Below are positions 57,322 to 64,000 of a DNA stretch of 64,000 bases, piece after piece. Positions within the stretch are counted from its first letter, which is position 1; the number at the start of each line of letters is the position of its first letter. The position numbers and the translations under genes were made by a program. The DNA lies in the NCBI GenBank assembly GCA_016699245.1, contig CP064968.1:768317-832316 (forward strand), written 5' to 3'. The notes below the pieces were generated by a model. The model was not told where the DNA came from and ran no database searches. It saw nothing but the letters and a program-made list of their open reading frames with translations. The stretch is from Candidatus Kaiserbacteria bacterium. Its GTDB lineage: Bacteria > Patescibacteriota > Minisyncoccia > Phycocordibacterales > UBA918.

Positions 57322-57600
57322 GCGAAGCATATATATTTTCTCGAGTCCTTCGATTTTTCCTCCCCCCGGAGGAAAAATCGAAGCAGCAAGACCCTGTAGC
57401 GAATCCCTTTACCAAATCCCTGTTTTCCTCCCCCCGGAGGAAAAATCGAAGCAGCAAGACCCTGTAGCGAATCAATTTATCAACTCCTATAATTTCTGAG
57501 TGGTCTAGAAATTAAGAAGCGAAGCGCCTATAATTTTCCGAGTCCTTGGCTTTTTCCTCCCCCCCGGAGGAAAAAGCCAAGTAGCCATCAATGTAGCGAG
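57322..57600 (+). repeat. Three copies of a ~60-85 bp hairpin-containing repeat (stem cgatttttcctcc-cccc-ggaggaaaaatcg plus tail agcagcaagaccctgtagcgaatc); the stem of copy 3 carries compensatory changes
   Basis: Copies at 57322-57405, 57413-57473 and 57518-57600; in copy 3, cgat becomes ggct and atcg becomes agcc, which preserves base pairing. Confidence 0.6.
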
Positions 57601-57660
57601 TTTATATAACTGACCCTGTACCAAGTCCATATAACCACCCCCCACCAAATCTATTTTTAC

Positions 57661-57966
57661 ATGCTCTTCAAACCCCACAACAAACGCGGACAAGGAATCG
57701 TACATGTCTCCGACCTTTTTAAAAAATATACCCAAACCCTTAGGGCACCACAGGGGATAGTGGTAACCGCATTTATTGTGGCAGTAGAAGAGGTGTGTGG
57801 TGCAACACTCACAAAAAATAATTGTACGTATAATCCTGATACACACACTCTCTCAGTACATGCATCAGGAATGATAAAAACAGAAATAACTCTTCATAAA
57901 AAGGAAATATTACGTGTAATGCGCGACACTATTAGTGAAAAGAGTCTCCCCAAAAACATTCTTTAA
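57661..57966 (+). CDS. DUF721/DciA-like small protein
   Basis: 101 aa; C-terminal pattern L.V...S..IKTEI.L.K..IL resembles DUF721; located next to dnaN. Confidence 0.35.
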   Translation: MLFKPHNKRGQGIVHVSDLFKKYTQTLRAPQGIVVTAFIVAVEEVCGATLTKNNCTYNPDTHTLSVHASGMIKTEITLHKKEILRVMRDTISEKSLPKNIL

Positions 57967-60257
57967 GGATTATTTGATTCTTCGGGCTCTTCTACTTCAT
58001 CTGAAGTAGAAGTATCAGTTTCCTCTGCTTCTTTAATTTCATTAAGTCCCATAAGAGAATTTTTCCAGAGTGTGATGGGGTATTCCCACAGAGGGAATTG
58101 ACCGTCAGTAGGGTATGAGGGTTGCGGACCGCGTGGATTGTCTTTATCAAGGAAGTACAGAATCGAATGTGCACCCATAACTGCGTTTTCTACCGTAACA
58201 GGAGCTGGCCCAGTGTCTCCCTCAGAATCACTCGGAGGAGGGGTTACAAGTGCTCCTGCGTCAAACCAGACCCCTCGGAGGACAGGTTTTAGGGTATCGG
58301 GAGTAGGGATGGGCTTTGTAAATGATTCTTCTTCTAGTGTGGGAAGTGCAACATCCATAAATTCTCGCCAAAGTGGGGTAATAATAAGTCCAGATATTTC
58401 ACTCATAGAGCGATTGTCGTTGTTTCCTGCCCATGCACCAACAACAAGATTAGGAGTGTATCCAAGTACCCATGCATCACGTTTGTCATTTGTTGTCCCT
58501 GTCTTTGCAGCTACATCGCGTCCGCCGAAATAGAGCGTAGAGTTGGCCCCATAGAGCGGTGTACGAGCAACGTTGTCGGAAAGGATATCAGATATTTGTC
58601 GTGCAACATTAGGGTCAAGCACTGGTTTTGCTACAGGTTCTGACTCCTCAAGTATATTTCCATCAGCATCTTCAACACGAATAATACTTTGGAGCTCATG
58701 GCGAATTCCTTCATTTGCAAAAGTACCATACGCACCTACCATTTCTAGAAGTTTTACCTCACCACCCCCAAGTACAAGCGTGAGTCCATACTTATTTCCA
58801 CTTCCGAGAGTGGTGATACCCATATCTCGCGCCATTTTAATCGATGCAGGAATACCAGCGAGGTACAGCGCTTTTACTGCGGGGACGTTGAGTGATTGAG
58901 CAAGCGCATTTTTAAAAGTAACCGGGCCACGGAATTTATGGTCGTAGTTGTCGGGGGAGTAACAACCATCCTCAGAGGTAAAATTGTCAGGCGTGCACGT
59001 GGTGGAAAACTGTGTTTTAAGATCAAAGACTACCGTCTCAGGAGTGTATCCCTTTTTAAATGCGGCTGCGTACACAAATGGTTTAAAGGAAGATCCAGGC
59101 TGGCGTTCGGCGAGGGCAATATTGAAATTACCATCGATCTCAGTGTCGAAGTAATCACGCGAGCCCACCATAACGAGTATGTGGCCATCAGTAGGGTCTG
59201 TAGCAACAAGCGCCGCATTTTCTGCATTAAAGGTTTTGGCATTGTGTAATGCGTTCTTTTTTACAATTTCCTCTGCTTGTTCTTGTAGTTTCCAATCAAG
59301 AGTAGTGATTACCTTAAGTCCACGCTCAGCAATTGATTCTTCACCGTATTTTTCAACAAGGTAGTCTCGTACATAGAAGACAAAGTGTGGTGCGCGAATA
59401 CCAGTAGCTACTTGTGGTTTAAACTCTACTCGCTCATTCATGGCAGCATCGTGCTCCTCTTTAGAAATAAAGCCGAGCGTGACCATTTTCTCGAGAACGT
59501 AGTTTTTACGTATCTCGAGTTCATCAATGTGATTACCGTAAGGAGAATAATATGTAGGAAGTTGAGGAAGTGCTGCAAGATATGCTGCCTCTCCGAGCGT
59601 CACTTCAGAGGCACGTTTTCCAAAGAATGAGAGACTTGCTTCCTCGACACCGTATATCGTTCCTCCGTATGGTGATTCATTGAGATAGTGACCAAGGATT
59701 TCTTCTTTGGTGAGTATTTGTTCTAGACGAAATGCAAGAATAGCCTCCTTCACTTTTCTGGTGAGTGTTTTTTCGTGTTGGAGAATGGAATTTTTGATTA
59801 CTTGCTGTGTGATAGTGGAGCCTCCTGCACCACTAAAGGGGCCACCACCCTTTTGTACATTGCTTATCATGGAGCGTAGAATTGCAAGGGGGCGCACACC
59901 TGCATGCTCAAAGAAGGTATCATCCTCAATAGCAACGGTGGCATTTTTGATGTGACGAGAAATGTCCTCATACGGCACAATGGTGCGGCGTACGTCTTGG
60001 TGGAGGTCGTAGAGGAGAATTTCCCCAGTACGGTCGTAGATTTTAGTTGATTGTTGTACTTTGCGCTCTTCAAAAGAAGAAAGGTCGGGAATATCGAGGG
60101 TGGCAATCCATACAAGAAGGATACCGGTAGCAATGAGTCCCAGCACAAAAAGACCAATAAAACCATCAATAATAATCTCCTTGAAATGCCGTTTAATCCA
60201 CGTGCGCACATGTTTCATATTGCCAATAGTATCACTGTATTGTGCAGATATAAACAT
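57963..60257 (-). CDS. Class A penicillin-binding protein (bifunctional transglycosylase/transpeptidase)
   Basis: GT51 motifs (EDDTFFEHAGV, GGSTITQQ) and transpeptidase SxxK (GSSFKPF), SxN and KTGT motifs. Confidence 0.85.
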   Translation of the reverse strand: MFISAQYSDTIGNMKHVRTWIKRHFKEIIIDGFIGLFVLGLIATGILLVWIATLDIPDLSSFEERKVQQSTKIYDRTGEILLYDLHQDVRRTIVPYEDISRHIKNATVAIEDDTFFEHAGVRPLAILRSMISNVQKGGGPFSGAGGSTITQQVIKNSILQHEKTLTRKVKEAILAFRLEQILTKEEILGHYLNESPYGGTIYGVEEASLSFFGKRASEVTLGEAAYLAALPQLPTYYSPYGNHIDELEIRKNYVLEKMVTLGFISKEEHDAAMNERVEFKPQVATGIRAPHFVFYVRDYLVEKYGEESIAERGLKVITTLDWKLQEQAEEIVKKNALHNAKTFNAENAALVATDPTDGHILVMVGSRDYFDTEIDGNFNIALAERQPGSSFKPFVYAAAFKKGYTPETVVFDLKTQFSTTCTPDNFTSEDGCYSPDNYDHKFRGPVTFKNALAQSLNVPAVKALYLAGIPASIKMARDMGITTLGSGNKYGLTLVLGGGEVKLLEMVGAYGTFANEGIRHELQSIIRVEDADGNILEESEPVAKPVLDPNVARQISDILSDNVARTPLYGANSTLYFGGRDVAAKTGTTNDKRDAWVLGYTPNLVVGAWAGNNDNRSMSEISGLIITPLWREFMDVALPTLEEESFTKPIPTPDTLKPVLRGVWFDAGALVTPPPSDSEGDTGPAPVTVENAVMGAHSILYFLDKDNPRGPQPSYPTDGQFPLWEYPITLWKNSLMGLNEIKEAEETDTSTSDEVEEPEESNNP

Positions 60258-60290
60258 CTGGAGGGTGTGATACTATAATGAGTACTTACT

Positions 60291-61472
60291 ATGCAAATAG
60301 ATACAAATCCAGAAAAAATTGAAACATTACTCACCCGTGGCGTTGAAGAGGTAATTCACTATGATGAACTCAAATCAAAACTTCTTTCAGGCAAACAATT
60401 GCGAGTGAAACTCGGCATCGACCCCACAAGTGCTCATGTGCATATTGGTCGATCAGTACCCCTTTTAAAACTCCGTGACTTTCAGGAACTTGGGCACCAA
60501 ATAATACTCATTATTGGTGACTTCACGGGAATTATTGGTGATACTTCAGATAAGGAGAGTGAACGTCCCATGCTCACACGTGAAGCAGTAGATGAAAATA
60601 AAAAAACATATCTAAAGCAAGTGGAAAAAATTCTTGATATTAACAAAGTAGAATTTCGCTACAACTCAGAATGGCTCGAAAAATTAACATATCGCGAACT
60701 TGGAGAACATGCAGACCTCTTCTCAGTGGCAGATTTTATTGCACGCGATAACATCAAACGTCGCCTCGATACAGGGAAGCGTGTATCACTTCGTGAGACG
60801 CTGTACCCACTTATGCAGGGGTATGACAGCGTAGCGATTCAGGCTGATGTAGAGCTCGGTGGTACTGATCAACGATTTAATCTTCTAGCGGGACGCACCA
60901 TGCAACCCCACTTTGGACAGGATGCACAAAATATTCTCATGTCTCCTTTGATACATGGTACTGATGGGAGAAAGATGAGCTCGAGCTGGGGAAATACTAT
61001 CAATCTCCTTACTCCCTCGAATGATATGTTTGGAAAAGTGATGAGTATGCGGGATGAGGATGTTGTGGCTTATTTTGAGATGTGCACACGACTCCCTATG
61101 CATGAGATACAGACGATTGAAGTAGAACTTGCCGCAGGGGCAAACCCACGCGATATGAAACTTCGTCTTGCATATGAAATTACCCGCATGTATCACGGCG
61201 ATGAAGGAGCAAAAGAAGGACAGACATATTTTAGTGAGACCTTTCAGCAAAAGCAGGTCCCCGAGGATGTGCTTGAAATTAAAAAGGATTTCGTGGAGGA
61301 ACTTATTGCACAAGCAGTGGTATCTTCAAAGGCTGAGTTACGACGTTTGCTTGAAGCGGGTGGTGTACGAAATGCAGAGACGGGCGAGAAAATCACAGAG
61401 ATCCCTGAAACCGTTTCGAAACCAACAGTGTTGAAACTTGGAAAGAGAAGGTTTGTGAAATTACTTCCATAA
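60291..61472 (+). CDS. tyrS: Tyrosyl-tRNA synthetase
   Basis: HIGH motif (HVHIG), KMSKS motif (KMSSS) and a C-terminal S4-like domain. Confidence 0.8.
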   Translation: MQIDTNPEKIETLLTRGVEEVIHYDELKSKLLSGKQLRVKLGIDPTSAHVHIGRSVPLLKLRDFQELGHQIILIIGDFTGIIGDTSDKESERPMLTREAVDENKKTYLKQVEKILDINKVEFRYNSEWLEKLTYRELGEHADLFSVADFIARDNIKRRLDTGKRVSLRETLYPLMQGYDSVAIQADVELGGTDQRFNLLAGRTMQPHFGQDAQNILMSPLIHGTDGRKMSSSWGNTINLLTPSNDMFGKVMSMRDEDVVAYFEMCTRLPMHEIQTIEVELAAGANPRDMKLRLAYEITRMYHGDEGAKEGQTYFSETFQQKQVPEDVLEIKKDFVEELIAQAVVSSKAELRRLLEAGGVRNAETGEKITEIPETVSKPTVLKLGKRRFVKLLP

Positions 61473-61474
61473 TA

Positions 61475-61507
61475 AAAACAGCCCGTGCGAAGCACGGGCT
61501 GTTTTTA
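61475..61507 (+). terminator. Rho-independent terminator after tyrS
   Basis: aaaaacagcccgtgc-gaa-gcacgggctgttttt. Confidence 0.7.
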
Positions 61508-61511
61508 TATT

Positions 61512-61781
61512 TTAAAGTTCATCTTTATCATCGAATGAATCATAATCCATTTCTTCCTCGTCTTCTTCCTCGTCGAATACCTTACTTCCATCTTCTGCAA
61601 GGCCGGGTTCCGTTTCTTCAGTGAGTGCATCAAATGCAGTTTCCTTGAGTAGTGGGTCAAATTCTTCATCAAGCTCGTCATCTACTTCCTCAGTAAGTTC
61701 ACCGAGGAGGGCGTCGTCAATACCCACCTCTTCCTCCTCTTCAAAAATATTTGAATTGTTTTGTGTTACAAAAAAGATCAT
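61512..61781 (-). CDS. Small, very acidic (Asp/Glu-rich) protein
   Basis: 89 aa, more than 40% D+E; low complexity. Confidence 0.3.
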   Translation of the reverse strand: MIFFVTQNNSNIFEEEEEVGIDDALLGELTEEVDDELDEEFDPLLKETAFDALTEETEPGLAEDGSKVFDEEEDEEEMDYDSFDDKDEL

Positions 61782-61879
61782 ATGGTTCGTGTATTTGGTT
61801 ACAATAATCTAGTAGAGTTCTTTGTATCAAAAGTTTACGTATTATGCAACTGGGCAATCCCTATAATTATAGGTTGAGA

Positions 61880-62353
61880 TTAATGAGGGTGGTGGGCAAG
61901 CGTGGTAATTCCGACTGCAATTGCATCATATTCATCATCAAGCGCATTCATTGGGGCATTTACAATGAGGCGTTTCACCATATCAATGACGGCTTTTTTG
62001 TCACTTTTCCCGTAACCAGTTACCGCTACTTTTATTTCTTGAGGGCCAAATTCATACACCACACACCCAGCTTTCTGTGCGAGAAAGAGAATAATCCCTC
62101 GTGCCTGCGCAACCCCAATCGCCGTTTTTACATTTTTGTTAAAAAAGAGTGTCTCTATACCAACTGCTTGTGGTGTATGTTCAAGAATAAGTCTTTCAAC
62201 TGCTTCTCCAACTTGAAAAAGGCGCGTGTGAAGTGTTTCATCACGAGAGGTCAGGATACAAGCAGAATACAGGAGTTTCTCTTTTCCATTTTCTTTTTCA
62301 ATCACCGCAACACCGAGCCTGTCGTATCCAGGGTCAAGTGCAAGAACACGCAT
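61880..62353 (-). CDS. ruvC: Holliday junction resolvase RuvC
   Basis: MRVLALDPGYDRLGVAV.. RNase H-fold motifs. Confidence 0.85.
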   Translation of the reverse strand: MRVLALDPGYDRLGVAVIEKENGKEKLLYSACILTSRDETLHTRLFQVGEAVERLILEHTPQAVGIETLFFNKNVKTAIGVAQARGIILFLAQKAGCVVYEFGPQEIKVAVTGYGKSDKKAVIDMVKRLIVNAPMNALDDEYDAIAVGITTLAHHPH

Positions 62354-62355
62354 AC

Positions 62356-62904
62356 CTATTCTTTAGAATTAGGTTCGTCTGCAGTGGTGTACACATCGTG
62401 GACATCATCATTTGCTTCAAGGAGTTCCACAAGCGTGGCGAGCTTCTCACCATCTTCTTCAGAAAGATTCATGGGCATGTTGGGGACGTATCCTTCATGT
62501 GTTTTTGTAAATGCCCATGCTGAAGACCCTACTGCACCGAGTTGATATCCATGCTTTGAGAGGAGGTGTTTCATCTCAGGAGTAGTGCGATTGGGGTTGT
62601 CGGTTACCGCGGTTATCAGAATTGCAGTACCTCCGGGGCCATACGTTTCGTAAAGTACTTCAGAAAGAGTAGCACCGTCAGCACCACTTCCTTTCGCGAC
62701 CGCCCTGTCGATGTTTTCTTTTGGCATCGAATCTTTTTTTGCACGCTCAATAGCCGCTGCAAGCCCAGGGGAACTGAGGTTCCCTTGGGCCTTCCTTGAT
62801 TCCATTGCAATAAGGCTTGTGTGTTTTGAAAATACCTTACTTTTTTGCCCATCAGTCTTTGCTTTCTGATGTTTAATCTGTGACCATTTATTATGTCCTG
62901 ACAC
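62356..62904 (-). CDS. yebC: YebC/PmpR-family transcriptional regulator
   Basis: SGHNKWSQIKHQKAKTDGQKSK N-terminus; a GTG start at 62904 is likely, and the in-frame ATG at 62952 is the alternative. Confidence 0.8.
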   Translation of the reverse strand: MSGHNKWSQIKHQKAKTDGQKSKVFSKHTSLIAMESRKAQGNLSSPGLAAAIERAKKDSMPKENIDRAVAKGSGADGATLSEVLYETYGPGGTAILITAVTDNPNRTTPEMKHLLSKHGYQLGAVGSSAWAFTKTHEGYVPNMPMNLSEEDGEKLATLVELLEANDDVHDVYTTADEPNSKE

Positions 62905-62966
62905 GGTATGTAATCTTAATGAATAATGATACGAATATATAACCATCCTCACCGTATTTCATCAAC

Positions 62967-63971
62967 TCATGTGTTCTCGAGTGAACGCATGTGTTCGTAG
63001 GCACTCGTGGTTGCTACGCGACCACGAGGAGTGCGTTCGAGAAATCCTTGTCGAATGAGATATGGCTCAAGGACATCTTCAATTGTCGACATCTCTTCGC
63101 CAGTGGCTGCGGCGATGGTGTTGAGCCCTACAGGACCGCCGTTAAACTTATCAATAACCACACTGAGTACCGCGCGGTCGGGACCGGTGAGACCACGTGC
63201 ATCTATTTCGAGAAGATCAAAAGTCTTTTCAATAATATGTTCATCGAGATCAGTGCTTTCGAGTTGTGCAAGGTCGCGACAACGTTTCAAAAGATAATTT
63301 GCAGTTCGGGGTGTGGCACGACAACGATGTGCAATGTGTTCAAGAAGTGAAGGAGCGACGCGCACACTCAGAAGTTCTGCAGACCTCCCCAGAATATGTG
63401 CTATTTCACTATCAGCATAAAACTCGAGTCGGAAAGTTCCCCCTGAGAAGCGAGAACGAAGGGGAGCAGAGAGAAGTGATATACGTGTGGTAGCAGCAAC
63501 GAGTGTAAATGGAGGAAGGTCGAGCTGTACTGTTCTTGCTGAAGGGCCTTTACCAATAATGATATCGAGGACACCTGACTCCATTGCAGGGTACAGGACT
63601 TCTTCAATAGATTTTGAAAGACGATGTATTTCATCGATAAATAGTACGTCTCCGGGAGTGAGATTGGTAAGGATAGCTGCCAAGTCACCCACACGCTCAA
63701 TCGCTGGCCCCGAGGTGGTTTTCATGTTGGTGCCAAGGGTCTTCGAGATGAGGTGGGCAAGGGTTGTTTTGCCAAGCCCCGGAGGTCCATAGAGAAGAAT
63801 ATGTTCAGCAGCATGGCCACGCTCACGCGCTGCGGTAAGCAAAATACGTAGATTTTCCTTGATTTTTGCCTGTCCGACGTACTCATCCCACGATTGAGGT
63901 CGAAGGGTTTGGTCGAGGTTGCCCGTGAAATCGCGCTCAATAGAAGGCTTTGAATCAATGGGTGTATTCAT
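62967..63971 (-). CDS. ruvB: Holliday junction branch-migration helicase RuvB
   Basis: Walker A motif [13 protein letters not shown] and a RuvB C-terminal domain. Confidence 0.9.
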   Translation of the reverse strand: MNTPIDSKPSIERDFTGNLDQTLRPQSWDEYVGQAKIKENLRILLTAARERGHAAEHILLYGPPGLGKTTLAHLISKTLGTNMKTTSGPAIERVGDLAAILTNLTPGDVLFIDEIHRLSKSIEEVLYPAMESGVLDIIIGKGPSARTVQLDLPPFTLVAATTRISLLSAPLRSRFSGGTFRLEFYADSEIAHILGRSAELLSVRVAPSLLEHIAHRCRATPRTANYLLKRCRDLAQLESTDLDEHIIEKTFDLLEIDARGLTGPDRAVLSVVIDKFNGGPVGLNTIAAATGEEMSTIEDVLEPYLIRQGFLERTPRGRVATTSAYEHMRSLENT

Positions 63972-64000
63972 GGGTATATTGTATATGAAGAGGGGAGAGA

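Noticed and set aside
57322-57600. Possible CRISPR array, given the repeated hairpin-containing units downstream of dnaN
   Set aside because: There are only three copies with irregular spacing (72 and 127 bp). The conserved tail extends beyond the hairpin. There are no spacer-like unique segments of regular length and no cas genes. It is better described as a structured repeat family.
61621-61812. Ser-rich 63-aa plus-strand ORF
   Set aside because: It is antisense to the acidic-protein gene and low complexity, a mirror of the GAA/GAT-rich codons.

Overview
This 64 kb window looks like a small-genome bacterium, plausibly from the Candidate Phyla Radiation (Patescibacteria), and spans the chromosomal origin. 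rpmH-rnpA-yidC lie on the minus strand (53.0-54.3 kb) and diverge from dnaA-dnaN on the plus strand (54.5-57.3 kb), with DnaA-box clusters around dnaA. Housekeeping genes fill most of the window. I count about 75 supportable CDSs, including pnp, rpsO, xerC/D-type recombinase, comM/yifB, a pcrA/uvrD-type helicase carrying a 367-aa intein, rsmA, tyrS, ruvC, yebC, ruvB, a class A PBP, exonuclease III, a CCA-adding enzyme, an ABC-F ATPase, CorA and an ECF sigma factor with its anti-sigma partner. Two parts look accessory. The first is a tRNA-rich stretch at 3.6-12.3 kb with four tRNAs: Gly-TCC, Pro-TGG, Gly-GCC and Arg-TCG. Three paralogous HTH/LAGLIDADG-like genes each sit immediately upstream of a tRNA. 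There are also tRNA 5' and 3' end duplications and a yraN gene flanked by compound palindromic inverted repeats. The second is a type IV secretion/pilus-like cluster at 41.2-52.9 kb. It encodes a VirB6/TrbL-like protein, a PrgI/VirB3-like protein, a VirB4 ATPase apparently split across two ORFs, and a VirB2/TrbC-like pilin with an internal poly-G tract and duplicated Cys motifs. Further signals include a DinJ-YafQ toxin-antitoxin pair, an NYN-domain gene between rpsO and pnp with a pnp-leader hairpin, a lysine-rich mini-ORF plus terminator upstream of the ABC-F gene, hairpin repeats with compensatory stem changes downstream of dnaN, a recurrent 11-mer (TGTCCTTTATA) in two intergenic regions, and a 63-bp direct repeat that copies a gene 3' end.
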